This document shows positions 39,329 through 49,340 of a DNA stretch of 64,000 bases, one piece after another. Position 1 is the stretch's first letter; every line of letters starts with the position of its first letter. Source of the stretch: an uncultured Chloroflexia bacterium (GTDB taxonomy: Bacteria; Chloroflexota; Limnocylindria; Limnocylindrales; CSP1-4); assembly GCA_963720755.1 (NCBI GenBank), contig CAVRGP010000011.1:576001-640000 (forward strand). Reading direction: 5' to 3'. The translations under genes and the position numbers were made by a program. The notes under the pieces are model-generated. The model ran no database searches, had not been told where the DNA came from, and worked only from the letters and a program-made list of their open reading frames with translations.

Positions 39329-39733
39329 TCAGGGCAGCGGCGACGTCACGCCGGGCGGTTTCGGCTGGATGATCGACAGGGCGTTCCCGCTCGGGTCGAT
39401 GAACCATGCCGCCCAGGCGAAGCCCATGTCGGCGACCCCGTCCGTGGTCTTCGGGTCTGGTTCCTCGTACTCCTCGATCCGGACGCCGCGCGCCCGAAGG
39501 TCCGCGATCTCGGCCCGGATATCCGACACGCGCCAGGCGAGCTGGGTCTGACTGTCGGCCGTCCCGACCGTCGATCGGGTCACGCTGATCTGCGAGCCAC
39601 CGCCACATCGGAAGATGACGCGCTCCTCGTCCTCTCGGAGGATCTCGAGGCCGAGCGCGTCGCGGTACCACAGCCGGTCCCGGTCGAGGTCCCTGGAGAG
39701 GAGGATGGGGAAGACGAGATGATCGGCGAGCAT
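39329..39733 (-). CDS. VOC/glyoxalase family protein
   Basis: WYRDALGL, W.V.DI...IADLRARGV, AAWFIDPSGN. Confidence 0.85.
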   Translation of the reverse strand: MLADHLVFPILLSRDLDRDRLWYRDALGLEILREDEERVIFRCGGGSQISVTRSTVGTADSQTQLAWRVSDIRAEIADLRARGVRIEEYEEPDPKTTDGVADMGFAWAAWFIDPSGNALSIIQPKPPGVTSPLP

Positions 39734-39867
39734 CGGCGGGACTCCTCTGGTCGGATCGGAAGCGATCGACGCAAGTCTGGCCCACCTTGGGTCGCGGCGT
39801 CGTCCTCTCTGCCGTCGTCTAAGCTGGCGACGTCAACTAGGCCCCGTTGACTCTGGGGGTAGACCAG

Positions 39868-40263
39868 ATGGGCGAACGACGGAACGTCAAGGACTTGCTC
39901 GCGGCGTCACGCTCGAAGATCGAGCGACTCGATCCGGACGCCGTGCTCCCTGCCACGCGAGCAGGCGCGATCGTCATCGATACGCGGTGCGCCGAACAAC
40001 GACGGGAGACGGGCGTCATCCCCGGCTCGATCCACGTCCCGCTGTCCGTCCTGTTCTGGCGACTCGATCCGGCGTCAGGCTTCGAGGACGAGCGGCTCGC
40101 CGATCTCGATCGGCAGGTCATCCTGGTTTGCGCGCATGGCTATTCGTCCAGCATCGCCGCCGCCACGCTCCACGACCTCGGGTTCGCCCGAGCCTCGGAC
40201 CTCGACGGTGGCTTCGAGGCGTGGCAGGCCGCCGGCCTGCCGATCGAGGCGGCCGCTGACTGA
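39868..40263 (+). CDS. Single-domain rhodanese
   Basis: IDTR, IPGSIHV, WRLDP, CAHGYSS active loop, DLDGGFEAW. Confidence 0.87.
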   Translation: MGERRNVKDLLAASRSKIERLDPDAVLPATRAGAIVIDTRCAEQRRETGVIPGSIHVPLSVLFWRLDPASGFEDERLADLDRQVILVCAHGYSSSIAAATLHDLGFARASDLDGGFEAWQAAGLPIEAAAD

Positions 40264-40271
40264 CCCGGGCA

Positions 40272-41492
40272 TCAGGTTCTGACGAGGGTCTCCCGCATCC
40301 TGACCAGGACGAGAACGCCCGATCCGGCGGTCAAGGCCGCGACGGCGACGATCGCCGCCGGCATACCGAAACGATCGGCGAGCAGGCCCGCCATGAGCGC
40401 TCCGAACGCGAACCCAAGATCGCGCCAGAGCCGGTAGACGCCGATCGCCGAACCGCGCCAGGCGGGGTCGGCGGCGTCGGCGACGGCCGCCAGCAGCGTC
40501 GGGTAGACCATCGCCGTCCCGAGCCCGAGGGCCGCCGATGCGACCAGCCAGACCGCGAACGTCGACCCAAGGGCGATGACCGCGATCGCACAGGCCTGGA
40601 GAAGCATCCCCCCGACGATGAGCGGCTTGCGTCCGATTCGATCCGACAGGCCCCCGGTCCCGACCTGGGCGACCGCCCAGACGGCTGGATAGACGGCCGC
40701 AAGGACGCCTACCTCCCCGATGGACAGGCCCGCGGCGACGTAATAGAGCGGGAGGAGGCCCCAGGCCATCCCGTCGTTGAGGTTGTTGACCAGGCCGGCC
40801 TGCGAGGCGGCCGAGAGACTTCGGTCGTGGAGTGTCGTCCTCCAGAAGACGTCGCGCCACGGCGGGGCGTCCGGACGATCGATCATCCGCTGCTCGAGTT
40901 CGACGTGAGCGCGGGTCTCGTGGATGAGGAACACGGACATGCCCAGGCCGAGGATGGCGTAGGCGAGTCCGAGGAGGAAGGGCCCTGGTCGGAGGCCGTA
41001 CTCGGCCGCGATCCATCCCGTGGCCAGCGCCGTCAACGCGACCGCGCCGTAGCCGGCGGCCTCGTTGAGACCCGTGGCCAGGCCGCGTCGGACCGGGCCG
41101 ACGAGGTCGATCTTCATGATCACGGTCGTGGACCAGGTCAGCCCCTGGTTGATGCCGAGCAGCACGTTCGCCACGATCACCCACGACCATGCCGGCGCAA
41201 GGATGATCAGGAGCGGCACCGGAAGCCCGACGAGCCATCCGGAGACGAGGACCGGCTTGCGGCCGAACCGGTCGGCGAGTGCCCCAGCCGCGAGGTTCGT
41301 GAAGGCCTTGGCGATCCCGAACGCGACGACGAACGTGAGTGCGGCTGTGAACCCCGTGAGCCCGAAGACATCCGTCGCGAGGAGCGGGCCGACGGTGCGC
41401 TCCTGGCCGATCATCCCGCCGACCAGGGCGTTCACGACGAGGAGCAGGGCGAACTGGCGGGCGTTGGCGCGCAGCCCCAGGACGACGCTCAC
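40272..41492 (-). CDS. MFS transporter
   Basis: GALADRFGRK and GLSDRIGRK motifs, NNLNDGMAWG, GVYRLWRDLG. Confidence 0.9.
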   Translation of the reverse strand: MSVVLGLRANARQFALLLVVNALVGGMIGQERTVGPLLATDVFGLTGFTAALTFVVAFGIAKAFTNLAAGALADRFGRKPVLVSGWLVGLPVPLLIILAPAWSWVIVANVLLGINQGLTWSTTVIMKIDLVGPVRRGLATGLNEAAGYGAVALTALATGWIAAEYGLRPGPFLLGLAYAILGLGMSVFLIHETRAHVELEQRMIDRPDAPPWRDVFWRTTLHDRSLSAASQAGLVNNLNDGMAWGLLPLYYVAAGLSIGEVGVLAAVYPAVWAVAQVGTGGLSDRIGRKPLIVGGMLLQACAIAVIALGSTFAVWLVASAALGLGTAMVYPTLLAAVADAADPAWRGSAIGVYRLWRDLGFAFGALMAGLLADRFGMPAAIVAVAALTAGSGVLVLVRMRETLVRT

Positions 41493-41697
41493 CGGCGCCG
41501 GGCCAGGACGGTCGGGATCGGCGGATCGACGGTCACGGTCGGAGCGTACGCCCTCGCGACTGGTGGATCGCCACGCGAAGCGGTCCGCGACCCATGTCGG
41601 GGTTCAGCGGAAGTACGCACATGCAACTGACCATTGACCGGTGGGTCGAGCCACCGCATCCGGTCATGATCGAACGACCGCCACTATCGAAGGAGCC

Positions 41698-43758
41698 ATG
41701 CCCCGATCAAGCCGACACCGAGTCGCCGTCGAGCGCGCTCGACCGTCCGAAGACGGCAGAGCCGAGCAGGACCATGCCCAACGCGTCGAGTCGGCGATCC
41801 TCGCGGCGATCCCGGATGCGGTCGTGGTGACCGACGTCGACGGCACGATCACCTACTGGAATGATGGTGCCGCGTCACTCTTCGGATACACGGCAGCGGA
41901 GATGCTGGGCCGGCCGGCCGATGTCGTATATCCGCCCGAGGACCCCGATCTCCCGAATCGGATCGGCGATTCGTTCACGGGCGAATGGCGAGGTCTCAAC
42001 AAGGATGGCGAGAGCGTCTGGATCCAACTTCACGCGCAACCTCTGGTCGATGAGGACGGGGTCACCGTCGGCGGCATCGGGATCGCGACCGATATCACCG
42101 AGCGCAAGCAGCGCGACGAGGAGCGCCAGTGGCTGGCGACCGCGGTCGCCCAGGCCGCTGAATCCGTCGTCATCACCGACCGCGACGCCCGTATCGTTTA
42201 CGTGAACCCGGCATTCGAGCGCCTGACCGGCTACAGCAGCACGGAAGTCCTCGGGGAAAACCCGCGGATCCTCAAGAGCGGCGTCCAATCGACCACCTTC
42301 TATCAGGCGATGTGGGCCGCGCTCTCAAGCGGGATCCCGTGGATCGCCGACATGACCAATCGACGCAAGGACGGCTCGCTGTTCCAGGAGTCCGGCGTCT
42401 TTACGCCACTCAAGGACGAGGCGGGCTCCATCACGGGATATGTCGCCGTCAAGCGAGATGTCACCCGGGAGCGCGTGCTCGAGGCGGAAGGGGCGGCCGC
42501 TGGTCGCGAGCGAGCGCTCATCGCGGAAACGCTCAGGAGCCTGCCGGCCGGGATGTCACCGGAAGCGACCGGGTCGGCGGTCTGCCGTCAGGTGCTCAGC
42601 ATGGCCGGTCTGACCCACGCTCATATGTTCCTGTTCGCAAGTGACGGTCGGGCCACGCCGATCGGCCTGGCCACCATCGATGACCACCCTGTCGATGCCC
42701 GACGCCTCCCGGTGGGGCGGAGCCGAGTCCTGCATGCCAAAGCCTCCGCAGGGCCATGGATCGAGCCATGGTCGCCCCGCAATGGACACCCGTTCAACCA
42801 GTTGATCCAGGACCTGCAGGTCGGATCGGCAGCCTATGTGCCGATCGGTTCGGGAGAAGGTCTGATCGGGATCCTGATCGCGGGGACGCGGGGGGATGAC
42901 GGGACGATCACCCTATCAGCCGCGTTGCCGGGCCTGATGGAGTTCGCAAGCGTCGCCGGAACCCTTCTGGATCCGGCTCTGACCGCAATCGCCGCGGCCG
43001 CAAGCGAGTATGAACGGATCGCCGGCGTGATCGATCAGCGAGCGTTCGCGACGGTCTTCCAGCCGATCGTCGACCTCGAGACCGATCGGCCGGTCGGGTT
43101 CGAGGCATTGTCCCGATTCGGCGACGGGACGCGACCTGATCTGGTATTTCAGGCTGCCCGGCGAGTCAACCTCGGGCGTGAGCTCGAGTTGGCCGCGATC
43201 GACAGTGCCCTGGGAGCGGCGCGGGTCCTGCCGGAGACCGCCTTCCTGAGCCTCAACGCATCACCTGATCTGATCCTGGCCGGTTCGGAGCTGTCTGCCA
43301 TGATCTCGGGCTGGGAGGGTGCGGTCGTGCTTGAGATCACCGAACACCAGCCGATCGCCGACTACGACCGCCTGCACACGGCGCTCGATGCCCTCGGACC
43401 CGCCATCCGGCTCGCGGTCGACGATGTCGGTGCCGGGATCGCGAATTTCGACCACCTGATCGGCGTTCGACCGCAGTTCATCAAGGTCGACATCGGTCTG
43501 GTCCGCGGCGTCGACGCTGACCTCGCTCGACAGGCCCTGATCGTCGCGCTCCTCCATTTTGCCGAGACGACCGGCGCTCAGGTCATCGCGGAAGGGATCG
43601 AAACAGCCGCGGAACTGGCGACATTGCGCAGGCTCGGCGTGCGGCTCGGACAAGGCTTCTACCTTGGCCGGCCCGCCGAGGCTCGCACATTCACGCGGCG
43701 ACCCACGGCGCCTTCGCGGGGTCGTCGGGCGACCCGGGTCGGTGTGACCGCCGGCTGA
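41698..43758 (+). CDS. PAS-PAS-(GAF-like)-EAL c-di-GMP phosphodiesterase
   Basis: Two PAS domains (YWNDGA..FGY, YVNPAFERLTGY); EAL motifs FQPIV, FEALSR, EITE, DDVGAG, IKVD, AEGIE, GQGF. AAGGAG RBS. Confidence 0.92.
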   Translation: MPRSSRHRVAVERARPSEDGRAEQDHAQRVESAILAAIPDAVVVTDVDGTITYWNDGAASLFGYTAAEMLGRPADVVYPPEDPDLPNRIGDSFTGEWRGLNKDGESVWIQLHAQPLVDEDGVTVGGIGIATDITERKQRDEERQWLATAVAQAAESVVITDRDARIVYVNPAFERLTGYSSTEVLGENPRILKSGVQSTTFYQAMWAALSSGIPWIADMTNRRKDGSLFQESGVFTPLKDEAGSITGYVAVKRDVTRERVLEAEGAAAGRERALIAETLRSLPAGMSPEATGSAVCRQVLSMAGLTHAHMFLFASDGRATPIGLATIDDHPVDARRLPVGRSRVLHAKASAGPWIEPWSPRNGHPFNQLIQDLQVGSAAYVPIGSGEGLIGILIAGTRGDDGTITLSAALPGLMEFASVAGTLLDPALTAIAAAASEYERIAGVIDQRAFATVFQPIVDLETDRPVGFEALSRFGDGTRPDLVFQAARRVNLGRELELAAIDSALGAARVLPETAFLSLNASPDLILAGSELSAMISGWEGAVVLEITEHQPIADYDRLHTALDALGPAIRLAVDDVGAGIANFDHLIGVRPQFIKVDIGLVRGVDADLARQALIVALLHFAETTGAQVIAEGIETAAELATLRRLGVRLGQGFYLGRPAEARTFTRRPTAPSRGRRATRVGVTAG

Positions 43759-43816
43759 CGACCCGGCGGTCAGGAGGGGCCGATCGGCCCAATGCCGATG
43801 ACACTCGGCATCTGTG

Positions 43817-43840
43817 ACATCTCAGCGTTCAGTGTGATGT
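43817..43840. promoter_or_regulatory. Imperfect palindrome, putative ArsR operator
   Basis: ACATCTCA-N8-TGTGATGT (one mismatch) directly upstream of arsR. Confidence 0.5.
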
Positions 43841-43847
43841 TGATCGC

Positions 43848-44177
43848 ATGAGCCAGCCTCTCCCGATGTTCCCGGAGCCGCGCCTCGATCTGACCGCCCC
43901 TGACGTGACAGATGCCGCTGCGATCGCCGCGATCCTGGCCGACCCCATCCGGGCCGGCATCCTCCGACTCCTGGCCGACGGGCCTCACTGCGTCTGCGAG
44001 ATGGCAGCCGCCCTGGGTGCCCGCGAAAACAACGTGAGCAACCACCTCGCCCGGCTCCGCGAGGCCGGTCTCGTGCGCGCCAGCCGGCACGACGCGAACG
44101 GCCGGTATCTCTACTACGAGCGCGACGAGACGGCCGTGGGCCGGGCTCGTGCGGCCGTTGCCGACGTCCTCCGATGA
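43848..44177 (+). CDS. arsR: ArsR/SmtB metalloid-sensing repressor
   Basis: LADPIRAGIL, CVCE sensing motif, VSNHLARLREAGLV. Confidence 0.9.
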   Translation: MSQPLPMFPEPRLDLTAPDVTDAAAIAAILADPIRAGILRLLADGPHCVCEMAAALGARENNVSNHLARLREAGLVRASRHDANGRYLYYERDETAVGRARAAVADVLR

Positions 44178-45214
44178 CATCCGCGACACTGCATCGGGCC
44201 CAGCCACCGATCGGACTCGCGATCGCCGTGGGGACGGTCATGTGGCTGGTAGCCTGGTTCCTCGCCTTGCCAGCCGCCGACTGGGCAGCGTACGGGGCCC
44301 TGGGCTTCGAGCGGGGCTCGCAGGCAGGCGACTCGATCGCGTTCTTCCTGTATGACGTGCCCAAGGTCCTGCTGCTCCTCACCGGCGTCGTCACCCTCGT
44401 GTCGTTCCTGCGTTCGTTCGTGTCGCCTGAGCGCGTTCGGGCGGCCCTCGCAGGTCGGGGTGTCCTGCCGGGGACGATGGCCGCTGCGGGCTTCGGCGTC
44501 ATCACCCCCTTCTGCTCCTGTTCCGCGGTGCCGTTGTTCATCGGCTTCGTGGAAGCCGGTGTCCCGCTCGGTGTGACCTTCGCCTTCCTGGTCGCCTCAC
44601 CGATGGTCAATGAGGTCGCCATCGTCCTGCTGTGGGGCCTGTTCGGCCCGGGGATCGCGTTGACGTACATCGGCGCGGGTCTCACCGTTGCCGTCGTCGC
44701 CGGTCTCGTCATCGGCCGGCTGCACCTCGAGCGATATGTCGAGGACTACGTGTGGCAGATCCACGCCTCAGGTTCGACCGTCGACATCCGGCCGACCCTC
44801 GACGAGCGCGTCCGCGACGCCTGGCGCTCGACCCTGGATATCGTCAAGCGCGTCCTGCCATACGTGCTCGCCGGGATCGCGGTCGGCGCGCTCATCCACG
44901 GTTTCGTGCCGACGGACGTCGTCGTCTCGGTCGGCGGACGCGAAAACCCACTCGCCGTTCCGGCGCTGGTCATCCTCGGGATCCCGCTCTACGGCAACGC
45001 GGCCGGGACCATCCCGATCATCGAGGCCCTGCTCGCGAAGGGCCTTCCGGTCGGCTCCGCGCTCGCCTTCATGATGGCCATCACGGCCCTGTCCATCCCC
45101 GAAATGGTGATCCTGCGTCGGGTCATGAAGCCACGGCTCATCGTCACGTTTGCATCGATCGTAGGCGCCGGGATCCTCCTGGTCGGCTACGGCTTCAACC
45201 TGTTCCTGTCCTGA
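44174..45214 (+). CDS. arsP: ArsP-family permease
   Basis: FFLYDVPK, TPFCSCSAVPLF, FLVASPMVNEV, PLYGNAAG, ALSIPEM. Confidence 0.85.
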   Translation: MTSATLHRAQPPIGLAIAVGTVMWLVAWFLALPAADWAAYGALGFERGSQAGDSIAFFLYDVPKVLLLLTGVVTLVSFLRSFVSPERVRAALAGRGVLPGTMAAAGFGVITPFCSCSAVPLFIGFVEAGVPLGVTFAFLVASPMVNEVAIVLLWGLFGPGIALTYIGAGLTVAVVAGLVIGRLHLERYVEDYVWQIHASGSTVDIRPTLDERVRDAWRSTLDIVKRVLPYVLAGIAVGALIHGFVPTDVVVSVGGRENPLAVPALVILGIPLYGNAAGTIPIIEALLAKGLPVGSALAFMMAITALSIPEMVILRRVMKPRLIVTFASIVGAGILLVGYGFNLFLS

Positions 45215-45227
45215 AGGGAGTCCTCCT

Positions 45228-45467
45228 GTGCACGTCATCGAAGTCCTCGGCCCCGGCTGCCAGAAGTGCCAGTACACCGAGAAGGTCGTTCGGGAGGTCG
45301 TCGAGTCGGCCGGCATCGCGGCCGAGATCACCCACGTCACCGACTACGCGGAGATCGCCCAGCGAGGCGTGATGTCGACGCCCGGCCTTGTCATCGACGG
45401 CACCGTCGTCCTTGCCGGTCGCGTCCCGACCCGTGATCAGGTCGCAGCCTGGCTCGGAGTCGCTTGA
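45228..45467 (+). CDS. Small redox-active disulfide protein (thioredoxin-like, MTH895 family)
   Basis: LGPGCQKC, GVMSTPGLVIDG. GGGAG RBS. Confidence 0.9.
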   Translation: MHVIEVLGPGCQKCQYTEKVVREVVESAGIAAEITHVTDYAEIAQRGVMSTPGLVIDGTVVLAGRVPTRDQVAAWLGVA

Positions 45468-45546
45468 TCGCAGTTCGGAGGCTCGGCGGCGCCGGCGGAT
45501 CGACCCGATGCCGCCCCATCCAGCCGTCGATGGATACCCACCTGGG

Positions 45547-45626
45547 GTATTGACAAAGTATTGACAAATGCCGCCCTGGGGTGGCAAGATATCGCTACTT
45601 GGGCTTGTCAAGACTTGACAGGCCCA
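45547..45626 (+). promoter_or_regulatory. dnaG-rpoD promoter region with repeated TTGACA
   Basis: GTATTGACAAA twice in tandem, TGG-CAAGAT possible -10, and a 13-1-13 palindrome (45600-45626) carrying TGTCAA and TTGACA. Confidence 0.65.
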
Positions 45627-45655
45627 CAGGCATGTCCGGGTCCAGGAGGCGCTGT

Positions 45656-47575
45656 TTGGCGGTCGGTGTCGCAGCCGAAGTGAAGAGCAAGCTGTCGGTC
45701 GTCGATGTCGTCGGCGAATCGGTCAGCTTGAAGAAGGCCGGCACCACCTACAAGGGTCTCTGCCCGTTCCACGGTGAGAAGACACCTTCGTTTGTGGTGA
45801 CCCCGCACCGCGAGACCTGGCACTGCTTCGGGTGTGGGCTGGGAGGCGACATCTTCAGCTTCGTCATGCAGCGAGACAGCGTGACCTTCCCGGAGGCGTT
45901 GCGGACACTTGCCCAGCGAGCCGGGGTCGAGATCGACGAGCGAACGAAGCGAGAGGATGCCCATCAGGCACGGCTTCGTCAGGTCCTCGATAGCGCGATC
46001 GCCTTCTACCATGCCGTCCTGACATCGTCGAATGCCGGCAAGGTCGCGCTCGAGTACCTCCATGAGCGTGGTTTCACGGACGAGACCATCGCCGCGTATC
46101 AACTCGGCTGGGCGCCTGCTGGTTGGGACCAGATGACCCGGACCCTGGGCACGAAACGCGATGTGCGCCCGGAGGAACTCGTGGAGGTCGGTCTCGCCTC
46201 GCCTCGGCAGGGGGGCCGGGGCGGTGTCTACGACAAGTTCCGTTCACGGGTGACGTTCCCGATCCGCGACCAGAACGGCCACGCCGTCGGACTCGGGGGC
46301 CGTCTGCTCGAAGGCGACGGGCCGAAGTATCTGAACTCACCGGCGACCCCGCTGTTCGACAAGAGCCGGACGCTATATCTCATCGACAAGGCCAAAGGGC
46401 CCATCCGCAAGTCCGGCCAGGCCGTCATCGTCGAGGGTTATACGGACGCCTTGATGGCGCACCAGGCCGGGTTCGACAACGTCGTGGCCAGCCTCGGGAC
46501 GGCCCTGACGGCCGGGCAGGTCGCCCTGTTGACTCGGTATGCCAGCCGGATCGTGCTCGCCTACGACGTCGACGCGGCTGGCGAGAAGGCGGGCCAGCTC
46601 GGGGTGACCGCGCTGACCGGGCTGATCGGCCAGCTGCAGGCGGATACCTCCGGGGTCAAACTCGAGGACGTGCGGGTCGCCCGGCTGCCGGACGGCAAGG
46701 ACCCGGATGACGTGGTCCGCTCCGATCCGGCCGGGTGGGCGTCGGCGGTGGCGGGAGCGAAGCCGCTCGTCGAATACCTGATCGAGCATCACGCCGGGCG
46801 CTTCGACCTCAAGACTTCGTCGGGCCGGATCGGCTTCGTCGAGGCCGTCATGCCGGCCATCCGCGACATCGCCGATCCACTCCGCCGCGATGAGGCGCTC
46901 GGCGAGGTCCGGCGCGTGTCGGGAGTGGAGGACCGGGTCCTGCGCCAGGTCCTTGAGCGACCGGCGCGCAATCCGATCAGCCAGGGTCGCAACGGACGAG
47001 ATGGCGACACGCGGATGAGCGCGGACGCGGTCATCGGCTCACCCGATGCGCTGCCCATCCATGACATCCTGCGTGCGATCACCCCGGTCGAGTCAGAGCT
47101 GCTCCGCCTCCTCCTGCTCGTCCCGGACCAGCAGCTGCGGGTCGTCGACGAACTCGGCCCCGACCGCCTGCCGAGCACGGTCGCTCGTGAATTGTTCCGC
47201 GCCATCGTCCTGCAGCGTGCCCCGGACGATGCCGGTGTCCATCCGTCGTTCGACGGCGCCGCTCTCCTGCTCTCGGTCGACGATGAAACGGCAGCGCTCG
47301 CTCGAGCGTTGTATGCAAAGGCGGGTCCGGACCCTCGTGGCCTGACCGCGTCCCAGCTCGACTACGAGGTCGCCCGTCTGCTCCTCGAGCTGGAGGATGA
47401 CCAGTTGCGTGAGCGGAGTGACTACAACGAGGCCGCCCAGGGGGAGGCCGAACGAGCCGGTGATCATGAGGCGATGACCCGGCTGATGCTCGAACGACGC
47501 CAGATCAACGAGATGCGCCTGTCGCTTGACCGGCGCCGAGACCAGACCCGGCTGCTCGCCAGCCACCGGAGGTAA
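45656..47575 (+). CDS. dnaG: DNA primase
   Basis: CPFHGEKTPSF..HCFGC Zn finger, PKYLNSP, VEGYTD, AYDVDAAG, GKDPDD. AGGAGG 6 nt before the TTG start. Confidence 0.97.
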   Translation: MAVGVAAEVKSKLSVVDVVGESVSLKKAGTTYKGLCPFHGEKTPSFVVTPHRETWHCFGCGLGGDIFSFVMQRDSVTFPEALRTLAQRAGVEIDERTKREDAHQARLRQVLDSAIAFYHAVLTSSNAGKVALEYLHERGFTDETIAAYQLGWAPAGWDQMTRTLGTKRDVRPEELVEVGLASPRQGGRGGVYDKFRSRVTFPIRDQNGHAVGLGGRLLEGDGPKYLNSPATPLFDKSRTLYLIDKAKGPIRKSGQAVIVEGYTDALMAHQAGFDNVVASLGTALTAGQVALLTRYASRIVLAYDVDAAGEKAGQLGVTALTGLIGQLQADTSGVKLEDVRVARLPDGKDPDDVVRSDPAGWASAVAGAKPLVEYLIEHHAGRFDLKTSSGRIGFVEAVMPAIRDIADPLRRDEALGEVRRVSGVEDRVLRQVLERPARNPISQGRNGRDGDTRMSADAVIGSPDALPIHDILRAITPVESELLRLLLLVPDQQLRVVDELGPDRLPSTVARELFRAIVLQRAPDDAGVHPSFDGAALLLSVDDETAALARALYAKAGPDPRGLTASQLDYEVARLLLELEDDQLRERSDYNEAAQGEAERAGDHEAMTRLMLERRQINEMRLSLDRRRDQTRLLASHRR

Positions 47576-47578
47576 GCC

Positions 47579-49294
<1,716 letters not shown>

Positions 49295-49340
49295 GGCGAG
49301 GGTGCCGGGATTGGACGGACTCGCTTCGCGGGTGGCCACC

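Noticed and set aside
39832-39867. HEARO/omega-RNA remnant (GTCAACTA...GACCAG resemblance)
   Set aside because: Far too short, and there is no iscB, tnpB or tnpA nearby.
41493-41697. c-di-GMP riboswitch upstream of the EAL gene
   Set aside because: A hairpin (TGACCGG/CCGGTCA) exists, but the class I and class II consensus elements are not recognisable.
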